A DNA stretch of 64,000 nucleotides from contig OZ220089.1 in the NCBI GenBank assembly GCA_964291625.2, positions 3,328,001 to 3,392,000 of the forward strand, read 5' to 3'. The notes below the pieces were generated by a model. The model was not told the origin of the DNA. It made no database searches and worked only from the letters and a program-made list of their open reading frames with translations. This document shows, in pieces, positions 19,709 through 29,019 of the stretch (the stretch's first letter is position 1; each line of letters starts with the position of its first letter). The stretch is from Candidatus Latescibacterota bacterium. GTDB taxonomy: Bacteria; Latescibacterota; UBA2968; UBA8231. The position numbers and the translations under genes were made by a program.

Positions 19709-20003
19709 CGGCGTACCGCCCCGTAAATCGAGTAGACCTGTACCTTGTCACGGAGGCCGAAGTCGTCAGCGTGTAGAAGGCGAACGAGGCCTGCCTTGGT
19801 CTGCCGTCTGTCCTCCGTCCGAGCCAGCCAAGGGGGTTATACTTACCGCCAGGACGAGGCATCGTTGGAGGTGCCTTCTCGAGATGGGAACCAAGGTCGA
19901 GGCCCGGGGCTTTCCATCTTCAAGGCAGGGTGCGACAAGGACTCCATACACGCATCGCCGTGATCGGCGGCCATAGCAGGAACTCCAAGGATCGGATGGT
20001 CAC

Positions 20004-21179
20004 ATGCAAATCGAGCAGATCGAAATCAAGAACTACCGCTCCTTCCGCCACGCGGAGTTCGGCAATCTCCCTCGCTTGGCCGTGGTCGTGGGAGCGAACG
20101 GCTCGGGCAAGTCCACCCTGTTCGACGTGTTCTCTTTCCTCAAGGATGCGCTAGCCCAGAACGCGGCCACGGCGGTCGCTCGCCGCGGAGGCTTTCGCGA
20201 ACTCGTCAGCCGCGGGAACAGGGGGCCCATTGAGATCGAGATCAAGTTCCGGGAGAGAGGAGGGCGACTGGCGACCTATCTCTTGCAGGTTGCCGAAGAC
20301 CAGGGACGGGTGGTAGTAGCCCGTGAGATCCTGCGCTACCGAAGAGGAAGCCATGGCAAGCCGTGGCACTTTGTTGATTTCTCACACGGCGCTGGGAATG
20401 CAATCACGAATGAATCCGTCTATGGAGAGGAAGAGGCCGTGGAGGAGAGAGAAGAGTACAAACTCGACGATCCGAGCAGTCTCGCTATCAAGGGTTTGGG
20501 TCAGTTTCGGGAGTTTCGGGTTGTATCCGAATTCCGCGGGCTGATCGAGAATTGGCATGTCTCCGACTTTCACATTGCCGATGCCCGGCCGAGTAGTGAG
20601 GCCGGCTATGCAGAGCACTTGTCGACCCGAGGAGACAATGTGGCCCAAGTTGCTCACTATCTCTATGAGAACCATCCCGAACGATTCAGCCGGATCCTGG
20701 AGGCCATGGGGCAACGGGTTCCGGGTGTGAACGGGGTTGAAGCCAAACCGACTGAGGATGGGCGATTGGTCCTGCGCTTTCGGGACGGAAGCTTCAAAGA
20801 TCCCTTCATCTCCCGATATGTCTCTGATGGTACGATCAAGATGTTCGCCTATCTCGTTCTGCTGTATGACCCTCAGCCGCACCCGCTGCTGGCGGTCGAG
20901 GAGCCCGAAAACCAGCTCTATCCCGAACTGCTGGCTGAGTTGGCCGAGGAGTTCCGAGACTATGCAAGGCGCGGAGGCCAAGTGTTCGTCTCGACTCACT
21001 CTCCAGATTTCTTGAACGGACTGGAGCTGGAGGAGATCTTCTGGCTGATCAAGAAGGACGGCTTCACGACTGTCCGGCGGGCCTCTACCAGCGAGTTGTT
21101 GCGCGGGCTTGTAGCAGAGGGAGACTTGCCCGGAGCGCTGTGGAAGCAAGGGTTGTTTGAGGGGGCTGGGCTCAGGTGA
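20004..21179 (+). CDS. ABC/AAA_21-type ATPase (AAA_15/OLD-like)
   Basis: IKNYRSF, Walker A GANGSGKST, signature VSDGT, Walker B LAVEEPEN, H-loop STHS; lower GC than flanks. Confidence 0.9.
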   Translation: MQIEQIEIKNYRSFRHAEFGNLPRLAVVVGANGSGKSTLFDVFSFLKDALAQNAATAVARRGGFRELVSRGNRGPIEIEIKFRERGGRLATYLLQVAEDQGRVVVAREILRYRRGSHGKPWHFVDFSHGAGNAITNESVYGEEEAVEEREEYKLDDPSSLAIKGLGQFREFRVVSEFRGLIENWHVSDFHIADARPSSEAGYAEHLSTRGDNVAQVAHYLYENHPERFSRILEAMGQRVPGVNGVEAKPTEDGRLVLRFRDGSFKDPFISRYVSDGTIKMFAYLVLLYDPQPHPLLAVEEPENQLYPELLAELAEEFRDYARRGGQVFVSTHSPDFLNGLELEEIFWLIKKDGFTTVRRASTSELLRGLVAEGDLPGALWKQGLFEGAGLR

Positions 21180-21748
21180 ACCGGATCGTATTCCTGGTGG
21201 AAGAGGACTCCATGAGGTTCCTGTTGGAAGGTATGTTGCCAAGGTTGTTTCCAGATCTTCTCTTCCAGTGCGTTCCCCACGATGGCAAGCAGGACTTGGA
21301 GAGAAGCATCCCGAGAAAGTTGAGAGCTTGGCGGGAGCCGGGTGTTCGTTTCGTCGTGATGAGAGATCAGGACAGCGCAGACTGTCGTCGAGTGAAGGCG
21401 GACCTTGTCCAACTGTGCAATGAGAGCCGGCGTCGAGATGTGCTCGTCAGGGTGGTTTGCCAAGAGCTGGAAGCTTGGTACATCGGGGAGCCGGATGCTC
21501 TCGAGGTGGCCTTCCCTGAAGCGCGAGCGAGTGCCCTTGCAGAATTGGGCAAGCGCCGATTTCGAGATCCCGATGCCGTAGTCCGGCCTTCTGACGCAAT
21601 TGCCCAGCTGATTCCCGAATTCCAGAAGCGGTCGGGTGCGAGACGCATGGGGGCGGCGCTATCGCGCAACAACCGCTCGCGGAGCTTTCAGGTGTTCGTC
21701 GAGGGAATCGAAGGGCTGTGCGGCTCCATGCAGACCGCGACTGGATAG
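21176..21748 (+). CDS. DUF4276-like (TOPRIM-like) protein
   Basis: GTGA coupling to the ATPase; FLVEEDS, HDGKQDL, VMRDQD, QELEAWYIG, NRSRSF. Confidence 0.75.
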   Translation: MNRIVFLVEEDSMRFLLEGMLPRLFPDLLFQCVPHDGKQDLERSIPRKLRAWREPGVRFVVMRDQDSADCRRVKADLVQLCNESRRRDVLVRVVCQELEAWYIGEPDALEVAFPEARASALAELGKRRFRDPDAVVRPSDAIAQLIPEFQKRSGARRMGAALSRNNRSRSFQVFVEGIEGLCGSMQTATG

Positions 21749-21806
21749 CAGGGAGTGGATTTCCAGCAACATGGGATGGGACCCGATGTACCAGGACACA
21801 GGATGA

Positions 21807-23735
21807 ATGGGACCGAGCACTGAAGCCGCCCCACCACCCCTGCCCGGCACCCCCCCGGAGCGGCTGGTGCGGGACTTCGCCAGCCGGGGGATCGTCCTTC
21901 TCTCCCCCGAGAGCCTGGGCATCCCCCCCGAGATCCACGGGCGCATCTACGAGCAGGAGAAACAGGCCGCCCGCGACGGGAAGCCGGTGACGCCGGGGAG
22001 CATCCCCGAGATCCTGGAGGTGCTCGACGCTCCCGGCCTCGTTCAGGCCTGTGACCGCCTCCTGGGCGAGAGCTGGGCGATCGTCCCCTTCACCCACAAC
22101 GCCCCCTTCGCCAGCGGCGGGCGGGACCAGCACTGGCACAAGGACGACAACGGGCCCTACAACGGCCGCAAGCTGCGCCACCACCAGGCGGTGCAGGCGG
22201 AGATGCTCTACTACCCGCAGGCGGTCTCGCCGGAGATGGGGCCCACGGCGACGGTCCCTTACTCCCACTACTGGACCTTCGACCACGAGGAGAATCACGA
22301 CAACTTCGCCGGCGCCGATCACCTCGACTTCGCCTACCAGCTGAGCGGCCTGGAGGGCAAGCCCGCCAGCGGCCCCGACTCCGAGTACGATCCCGAGGAG
22401 ATCCGCCAGGGCCGCACCGCCCACGACCGGCGCCTGCGCGAGGCGGTGACCAACACCGGCTGGCCGCTGGTGCGTTCCTTCGAGGCGGCGCCGCTGGCGG
22501 CGGGCAGCGTCCTGCTCTACTCCCACAACACCTTCCACCGGGGCAACCACCGCCGCGACGACTGGCGGACCTGGCAGGACCGCCCGCGGTTCATGTGGCG
22601 CTTCTGGCTCTACCGAACCACCGACGCGCCGGCCGAGGAGGACGGGTTCGCCGAGGTCGACTGGCGGGATCCGGGCACCGACCCGATGACCGGGGTCGAC
22701 CTGTCCGGGGCGGACGAGGACCTCACCGCGGTCTGGCGCTACCACCACCACTGGATGCGGACCTGCCGCCCGCCCCCGCCGAGGCCGCAGGCCGCCGCCC
22801 TGTCGCCGGCGGCGCGGGAGCAGGAGGCCGAGCGACTGTCCACGCGGCTGCGCGCCCGCCACGAGGCCGCCGAGCCGGTCCGCGTCGGCGCCGCCTACCA
22901 GATCGCCTCCATGGGGGACACGCCCCTGGCCGTGCGGGTCCTGGGTGAGGCCCTCCACGACCACCGCGAGAGCGTGCGCCGGGCCGCCGCCTACGGCCTG
23001 ATCACCGTCGGAGAGGAAGCCACCCCGGCCTTCCTCGAGGCCGCGGCCTCACCCGTCAAGTGGGTCCGCAAGGCGGGCGTCCACGGGCTGGGCGACGCCG
23101 CCCCCCTGACCGGCGAGGTCCTGGAAGCCGTCAGCGCCCGCCTCCACGAGGACCCCTCCGTGTACGTCCGCTCCGTCGCCGCCGGCGCCCTGGGCTGCCT
23201 CGGCCGCCGGGCCGCGGCCACGGGGACCGGCCGCGAGCGCATCCCCGACTGCCTCCGCGCCCTCCTGCGGAGCCTGGACCGGGAGGAGAACCGCCTGGCC
23301 ATGGACCGCGCCCAGGGCCGCAGCATCAAGTTCGTGCGGCCCACCGACGACAGCGACGTCTGCGAGGGCGGCGGCGTCGACTTCGGCCTGGAGCGGTTCG
23401 CGCCGGTGCGCTCCGCGGTGCGCGAGAACGCCCTGTGGTCGATGGTCATCCTCTGCTCCCACGGGGCCTGCGCCGCGGGCGGCGCCCTGGAGCCGGCGAT
23501 CGCGGCGCTGAAGGAGGTGGTCCGGGAGGACGAGAACGTCATCTCCGTGGGCTACGCCATGGACGCCCTGGGCCGACTCGCGCGGACGGGATCGCAGGAC
23601 GAGGCCGAACTACCGGCCATCGCCGATCTGAGGGCGGAGCTGCGGACCGTCCTCGAGCAGTCGCCGGTGCAATGCTGGGAGGCCCTCGTCCGCAGCGGGC
23701 TGGGCCTGCCGCGGACCGACCAGGAGGGAGCCTGA
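21807..23735 (+). CDS. PhyH-like Fe(II)/2OG dioxygenase fused to HEAT repeats
   Basis: QHWHKD (HxD), YYPQAVSPEMGPT, HNTFHRG; C-terminal ESVRRAAAYGL / WVRKAGVHGLG / VYVRSVAAGALG repeats. Confidence 0.8.
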   Translation: MGPSTEAAPPPLPGTPPERLVRDFASRGIVLLSPESLGIPPEIHGRIYEQEKQAARDGKPVTPGSIPEILEVLDAPGLVQACDRLLGESWAIVPFTHNAPFASGGRDQHWHKDDNGPYNGRKLRHHQAVQAEMLYYPQAVSPEMGPTATVPYSHYWTFDHEENHDNFAGADHLDFAYQLSGLEGKPASGPDSEYDPEEIRQGRTAHDRRLREAVTNTGWPLVRSFEAAPLAAGSVLLYSHNTFHRGNHRRDDWRTWQDRPRFMWRFWLYRTTDAPAEEDGFAEVDWRDPGTDPMTGVDLSGADEDLTAVWRYHHHWMRTCRPPPPRPQAAALSPAAREQEAERLSTRLRARHEAAEPVRVGAAYQIASMGDTPLAVRVLGEALHDHRESVRRAAAYGLITVGEEATPAFLEAAASPVKWVRKAGVHGLGDAAPLTGEVLEAVSARLHEDPSVYVRSVAAGALGCLGRRAAATGTGRERIPDCLRALLRSLDREENRLAMDRAQGRSIKFVRPTDDSDVCEGGGVDFGLERFAPVRSAVRENALWSMVILCSHGACAAGGALEPAIAALKEVVREDENVISVGYAMDALGRLARTGSQDEAELPAIADLRAELRTVLEQSPVQCWEALVRSGLGLPRTDQEGA

Positions 23736-24790
23736 TGGCCATCGAGCTGCTGACGACGGACCAGATCTCGCGGTTCAAGCGCGACGGGTACCTCGTGCTG
23801 CCGGGAGTGCTCGACCCCGGGCTCTGCCGCCGGGCGCGGGACCAGCTGTGGGAGATCGCCGGCGAGCATCTGCCGCGCATGAAGCGGGACGATCCCGCCA
23901 CCTGGGGACCGATCACCGAGGAGGAGAGCGCCCGCCTGGCGGAGGGCCGACCCGAGGGCGGCGGCGACGCCTACTTCAGCGGCCGGGGCCAGCGGTTCTT
24001 CGTGCGCAACGGCGGCGAGGAGCTGCTCCTCGACCTGGCGCCCCGGGCCTTGTGGGAGGTGGCGGAGCAGCTCCTGGGTCAGGGCACGGTCGTGTGGCCG
24101 GCGGGGCTGGACGCCTCGGGCACCGCCAGCGGCCCGGCCTTCATGTGCGACGACGCCGTGGGCGGGCTGGTCTCCCACGTGGGCCACGCCATGGGCTATC
24201 CGACGGAGGGGACCTTCCGCACCGAGCCGGCCCTGCGGCTGCCCGCCACCGGCCCCCTGTGGGTCAACGGCCAGGGCACGCGCGGACTCTACTGCACCCT
24301 GCCCGGGAGCCCGCCCCCGGCGCCAGGGTACCCGGGGGCCCATTCGGACGGCGCCTGCTACGGCCGAATCCGGCTGCAGGTCTCGGCCTACATCGACGAC
24401 CTGCCCCCGGGCTGCGGCGGCTTCACCGTGTGGCCGGGCAGCCACGCCAGGATCTGGCCGGAGCAGTGGGAGGCGTTCCGGGCCGGCGAGAAGCACACCG
24501 ACAAGCACCTGGCCGTGCGCCGCGCCGGCGGCTACAGCGACCCCGTCATCGGCCGCATCAAGGACGACACCGGGCCGGTGGACTGCCACGGTCCGGCGGG
24601 CACCGTGGTCCTGTGGCACACCAAGATCCTGCACATGGCGGGCCTCAACACCTCCACCGACGTGATCCGCCAGGCGACGATCTACGGGTTCCTCAAGACG
24701 CCCGAGTCGCTGCCCGACCCGCTGGTGGTGGACCCCACCGACGGCGGCATCTGGCGGGACTGGTCGGCCGAGGTGCGCGAGGCCGCCTAG
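23735..24790 (+). CDS. phytanoyl-CoA dioxygenase (PhyH) family protein
   Basis: TGATG coupling; LLTTDQISRFKRDGYLVL, AHSDG, GGFTVWPGSH, WHTKILH. Confidence 0.85.
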   Translation: MAIELLTTDQISRFKRDGYLVLPGVLDPGLCRRARDQLWEIAGEHLPRMKRDDPATWGPITEEESARLAEGRPEGGGDAYFSGRGQRFFVRNGGEELLLDLAPRALWEVAEQLLGQGTVVWPAGLDASGTASGPAFMCDDAVGGLVSHVGHAMGYPTEGTFRTEPALRLPATGPLWVNGQGTRGLYCTLPGSPPPAPGYPGAHSDGACYGRIRLQVSAYIDDLPPGCGGFTVWPGSHARIWPEQWEAFRAGEKHTDKHLAVRRAGGYSDPVIGRIKDDTGPVDCHGPAGTVVLWHTKILHMAGLNTSTDVIRQATIYGFLKTPESLPDPLVVDPTDGGIWRDWSAEVREAA

Positions 24791-24800
24791 GCGCCGAGCC

Positions 24801-25634
24801 TCACTCGGCGGCGGCCTGTTCCATCCCCGGCAGCAGGACGTAGCGGACCCAGCCGAAGTCGGGATCGATCTCCAGGGCCTTCTCGAAGGCGGCCTTCGCC
24901 TGGTCGCGTTCGTCCCGGTCGAGGTGGGCCAGACCGATCCAGGCGTAGACCTCGCGGTGGCCCCACACCGGATGCAGGGGGTCGGCCGGCTCCTCGACGG
25001 CGAAGAGGACCGCGGCCCTCCGGAACCCCTCCATGGCCCTCTCCTTGTCGCCGCCCCACATGCCGGGGGTGTTGAAGTCGGAAAGGGCCGCGGTCAGCAC
25101 CACCCGGGGGTTGTCCGGGGCGAGTTCCTGCGCCTTGTCGAGGGCCCGCCGCGACCGGCGTCCCAGGAGCATTCCCTTCATCGGGCTCAAGGAGATCTGC
25201 CGCCCGTAGACACTGTTGAGCAGCGCCCAGGCCTCGGCGGACTCCGGGTCGAGGCGGACGACCTGCTTCAGGCTCTCCACGGCGCTCTCGAGGTGCGCGG
25301 AGGCCCGGTCCTTCGAAGCCTCCTCCCGGCCGAGGAGGTGGTTGGCGATGCGGAAGTCGGCGAGGGCCGCGTAGTAGCGGGCCCAGGCCGCCCGCTCGGC
25401 GTCGGCGGCGGCGCGCTCGAAGGCCGCCCGGGCCGCCATCATGAGGTCGAGGTCCCCGCGGTCCATCCCCGCCCGCAGGTCCGCCCTTCCCGAGGCGATC
25501 AGGCTGTCGGCGGGCTGGGCCAGGCTGTCAGCGGGGGCCAGGCGGGCGGCGGCCGGGGACAGGTGGGCGGCGGGTGGGGACAGGCAGGCGGCGAGCGGGC
25601 AGAGACCGAGGGCCAGCAGCGGAAGGTGTCTCAT
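24801..25634 (-). CDS. TPR-repeat lipoprotein
   Basis: Lipobox LAAC; KAQELAPDNPR, TPGMWGGD, FEKALEIDPDF. Confidence 0.8.
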   Translation of the reverse strand: MRHLPLLALGLCPLAACLSPPAAHLSPAAARLAPADSLAQPADSLIASGRADLRAGMDRGDLDLMMAARAAFERAAADAERAAWARYYAALADFRIANHLLGREEASKDRASAHLESAVESLKQVVRLDPESAEAWALLNSVYGRQISLSPMKGMLLGRRSRRALDKAQELAPDNPRVVLTAALSDFNTPGMWGGDKERAMEGFRRAAVLFAVEEPADPLHPVWGHREVYAWIGLAHLDRDERDQAKAAFEKALEIDPDFGWVRYVLLPGMEQAAAE

Positions 25635-25651
25635 GGCATTCCTCCGGGTGG

Positions 25652-27871
25652 TCAGCGGTTGAGGGTGATCACGGCGCCGAAGTAGACGGACCGGCGGAAA
25701 CGGGTCGTGCGCGGCCGGCGCTCGCCGTAGTCGAGGCTGTAGTCGTAGTCGAGGACGTTGGCGCGGTTGAGCAGGTTGCTCACGGCGAGGAAGAGCACCG
25801 CCTGGTGCCCCCTCCCGAAGGGCCGCAGGTAGCTCAGGCTGCCGTCCAGCCGCCGGAAGGCGGGCAGGCGCTCCGAGCCGACGGGCCCCTGCACCGGCAG
25901 GTAGTAGCCTCCCGCCTCCGCGGGCACAGCGTCGACCACCGGCGTCACCGGACGGCCGGTGGCGTGCTTCAGGGTGAGACCGCCGCTGAGTCCCCCCGCC
26001 AGCCGCGCCTTCCCCACCAGCGTCAGGTTGTGGGTGATGTCGAAGGGCGAAGGGGCCTCCTCGAAGCGCACGTCCCGGCCCAGGTGGCGCGGCTGCAGCC
26101 GCCGCGAGCGCAGCAGGCTGTACGCCGCCCAGCCGCTCACCCGGGTCTGCAGGAAGCCGCCGTGCTTGAGGAACAGGTCCAGCCCCGAGGCCCGGCCCCT
26201 GCCGCCGTTGGTGTAGTTGAGGCGGGGGTCGTAGAGCACCAGGTCCCGGTAGGGCTTGTGGTAGGCCTCCACCCGCATCATCAGGTCCCGGCGCTCGTGG
26301 GTCAGGCCCGCGATCCAGTGCTTCGCCCGCTGGGGTCCCAGGGCCGGGTTGCCGCTGGTGGGGTTGTACGCCTGGGGCGAGGGGAACTGGTGGTAGACCC
26401 CCCAGGCCAGGCGCAGGTCCGTGCGGGGGGTGAAGGACCAGCGCGCCGACAACCGCGGGTCGACGACGAGGCGGCCGGCCAGGTCGTGGTGATCGCCGCG
26501 GACCCCGGCGTTGACGGCGACGGCGTGGGCGGGCTTGAGGTCGACCTCGACGTAGGCGCCGGTGCGCCGGGCGCCGTTGGTGTGGTCCAGCTCGAAGACC
26601 TCCGCCTCCGGGTCGAGGATGTCCCCCCGCCGGGGGACGGTGCCGCGGAAGCGGGTGTCCATCCGCTCCGTCTCGGCGCCGAAGCGCAGCCAGGCGCGGC
26701 CGCCGAGGCCGCCCTCCAGGTCGGCGCGGAGCTTGGCGGTGAGGTCGGCGGGCTCCAGGTCGAGGCTGCCCAACTGCTGGCGCGCCGAGTAGCGGTTGAC
26801 GGAGGCGCTGGTCCGGAGGAGCCAGCCGCGGTGGACGTGGGACCAGTGCAGGTTGTGGAGCCGGCTGGCGCTGCGGTTGCGGTAGAAGCCGTCGAAGGAG
26901 GGCTCGTCGACCCGCACCCCGAGGCGGTCGCCGGTGGCGAAGCTGAAGAGCTTGAGACGCCCCACCGGGGAGTACTGGTAGGAGAGGTTGAGGTTGCCGT
27001 CCCAGGAGCGGGGATAGGTCTCGAAGACTCCCCCCTGGCCGTTGACCCGGAAGAGGAGGTCGGTGAGGCTGAGGTTGCCCGAGAGACGCAGGCCGAGCAC
27101 GTCGGGGACGACCGGCTCGTCGACCCCCAGGGAGAGGGCCGCCAGGCCGAGGTTGAGGGTGGCGAGGCGCCGGGCGGGCATGTCCTGGCTCTCCATGGCC
27201 AGCACCGCCGAGAGGGTGTTGCCGTAGCGGGCCGGAAAGCCTCCCGTGGAGAACACGGTCCCCCGGGTCATGAAGGGGGGGATCGTGCCGAAGACGCCGC
27301 CCGTGGGCGACTCGTGGCGGTAGGGATGGACGACGGTCGCCCGGTCGAGCAGGACCAGGGTCTCGCTCACGTCGCCGCCGCGCACGAAGAGGCCGGCGCC
27401 GTCGTCGACCATGGCGGCGCCGGGGAAGGTCTTCAGCGCCCGGAAGACGTCGGCGGCGGCCCCGGGGGTGGTGACCACGTCCAGCGGGGAGAGGGTGACG
27501 TCCTCCTTCTCGCCGGTGGACCAGGTGCTGGCGGTGACCGCGGTCTCGCCGAGCTCGATGAGGACTCGGCGCAGCACCAGGCGGACGGCGGCGGTGTCGC
27601 CCGGGGCCAGATGCAGGGTGCGCCGCGCCGGCTCGTAGCCGATGAAGGTGGCCACGAGCTGGACCTTGCCCAGGTGCCGGGTGGCGAACCGGAAGCGCCC
27701 GCCGCGGCCGGTGGCGGCCCCGTCGGTGGTGCCGGCGAGCTGCACGTTGGCGAAGGGGACGGGCTCTCCCTCCGCGTCGACGACCTGACCCCGCACGACG
27801 GCCGGATCCTGGGCGTCGACGCCGGCGGCCAGGCAGGCGCTCCCGAGAAGGGCGGCGATCAGCCGGCGCAT
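25652..27871 (-). CDS. TonB-dependent receptor (CarboxypepD_reg-like N-terminus)
   Basis: GEPVPFANV, FIGYE, LFVRGG, STGGFPARYG, PRLSARW, SNLLNRAN. Confidence 0.9.
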   Translation of the reverse strand: MRRLIAALLGSACLAAGVDAQDPAVVRGQVVDAEGEPVPFANVQLAGTTDGAATGRGGRFRFATRHLGKVQLVATFIGYEPARRTLHLAPGDTAAVRLVLRRVLIELGETAVTASTWSTGEKEDVTLSPLDVVTTPGAAADVFRALKTFPGAAMVDDGAGLFVRGGDVSETLVLLDRATVVHPYRHESPTGGVFGTIPPFMTRGTVFSTGGFPARYGNTLSAVLAMESQDMPARRLATLNLGLAALSLGVDEPVVPDVLGLRLSGNLSLTDLLFRVNGQGGVFETYPRSWDGNLNLSYQYSPVGRLKLFSFATGDRLGVRVDEPSFDGFYRNRSASRLHNLHWSHVHRGWLLRTSASVNRYSARQQLGSLDLEPADLTAKLRADLEGGLGGRAWLRFGAETERMDTRFRGTVPRRGDILDPEAEVFELDHTNGARRTGAYVEVDLKPAHAVAVNAGVRGDHHDLAGRLVVDPRLSARWSFTPRTDLRLAWGVYHQFPSPQAYNPTSGNPALGPQRAKHWIAGLTHERRDLMMRVEAYHKPYRDLVLYDPRLNYTNGGRGRASGLDLFLKHGGFLQTRVSGWAAYSLLRSRRLQPRHLGRDVRFEEAPSPFDITHNLTLVGKARLAGGLSGGLTLKHATGRPVTPVVDAVPAEAGGYYLPVQGPVGSERLPAFRRLDGSLSYLRPFGRGHQAVLFLAVSNLLNRANVLDYDYSLDYGERRPRTTRFRRSVYFGAVITLNR

Positions 27872-27873
27872 CT

Positions 27874-28206
27874 TCAGAGCCTCGCCCCGCGGATCACCGT
27901 CTGCAGCGCCTCCAGGTGGCTCCGCAGGGCGCCGGCCCCTTTGCCGGTGAGGCGGTACCAGGTGACCGGCTTGCGGTTCTCGAAGCGCTTGGAGACGTCC
28001 AGGTAGCCGGCGTCCTCCAGCTTGCGCAGGTGGGCCCCCATGTTGCCGTCGGTCTCCTTCAGGTGCCGCTTGAGGCTGGTGAAGGTCATGGCCTCCACGT
28101 CGGCCAGCAGCACGCAGGCGCCCAGGCGGCTGCGGTGCTCCAGCAGCTTGTCCAGCCGCACCAAGCCCTCGGAGGTGACCTCAGCCGGTTGCTGCGGCTT
28201 CTTCAT
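27874..28206 (-). CDS. winged-helix transcriptional regulator (HTH_34-like)
   Basis: LDKLLEHRSRL, ETDGNMGAHLRKLEDAGY, PVTWYRLTGKG. Confidence 0.88.
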   Translation of the reverse strand: MKKPQQPAEVTSEGLVRLDKLLEHRSRLGACVLLADVEAMTFTSLKRHLKETDGNMGAHLRKLEDAGYLDVSKRFENRKPVTWYRLTGKGAGALRSHLEALQTVIRGARL

Positions 28207-28765
28207 CCTTCGGCTTCATCCACAGGGCGCTGGCCACCAGGGCCGCGGAGGTGGCCAGGCCGACGATGGTCCAGGGCCAGGGCTGGATGTGGTCCACGGC
28301 GGCGGCCCCGCAGATCAGCAGGACCCCCGGCCACAGGGTGCGGCGGTCGAGGTGGAGGCCGCCCAGGAAGAACACGACGCCGGTGAGGAGGGCGAAGAGC
28401 TGGGCGATGACCCAGCCGTCGAACCGGTGGGCCACGGCGATGAAGATCACCGCCACGCCGCCGAAGAAGATCGTGGCCCAGTGCAGGGCGTGGCGGGCGC
28501 CCAGGCCCGGCCTGCGCAGCCCCCGCTTCCTGTCCGATCGGGCGCCGAGGGCGAGGCTGACCAGGAAGCCGGCCACGGGGGCCGTCATCCAGTAGAAGGG
28601 GGCATACTCCATGGCGAAGTCGTTGAGGGCGTACCCGACGGCGAGGACCACGGCCCACATGACGATGATCGCCAGCGTCTTGTACTCGCCCTCGTCCCTC
28701 TCCTCCACCGCCTGGCGGACGAAGGAGACGTCCTCTTCGAGCTTCCGGGTCACCTCGGGGTCCAT
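28181..28765 (-). CDS. multi-pass membrane protein
   Basis: MDPEVTRKLEEDVSFVRQAVE followed by about 6 TM helices; typical partner of HTH_34 regulators. Confidence 0.75.
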   Translation of the reverse strand: MDPEVTRKLEEDVSFVRQAVEERDEGEYKTLAIIVMWAVVLAVGYALNDFAMEYAPFYWMTAPVAGFLVSLALGARSDRKRGLRRPGLGARHALHWATIFFGGVAVIFIAVAHRFDGWVIAQLFALLTGVVFFLGGLHLDRRTLWPGVLLICGAAAVDHIQPWPWTIVGLATSAALVASALWMKPKDEEAAATG

Positions 28766-28815
28766 GGGGGAGTTCTCCTCGCGCGGCACTCGAGCTGCGC
28801 CTGGGGTGACTGATG

Positions 28816-28856
28816 CAGAGTACTCTGGAAAATAGAGTCCAGGAGAGGGTTGTCAA
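28816..28856 (-). promoter_or_regulatory. sigma-70 promoter with overlapping palindromic operator for the membrane protein-wHTH-TBDR-TPR operon
   Basis: Minus strand TTGACA-N16-TATTTT; palindromes CAGAGTACTCTG (28816-28827) and ACTCT-N7-AGAGT (28822-28838). Confidence 0.65.
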
Positions 28857-29019
28857 GTGGTTTCTGCTGCCACCTGGCCCGAATGGCGGGGCCTGCGCGT
28901 GGTGGCCCCGGACCAGGGGTTCAAGTGCCGGGCCGGCCTGATGGAAGCGGTCCAGGTCCTGCTTGACGGCGGGTCCTGAAAGGCGTGCCTTACGAATCTC
29001 TCAGGCAAAAGGAGGAAGT

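Noticed and set aside
19709-20003. Short ORFs or IS ends upstream of the ATPase
   Set aside because: No RBS, motifs or terminal inverted repeats were evident.
16919-21750. Integrative element at tRNA-Arg(ACG)
   Set aside because: No integrase and no duplicated tRNA 3' end was found by eye in the window.
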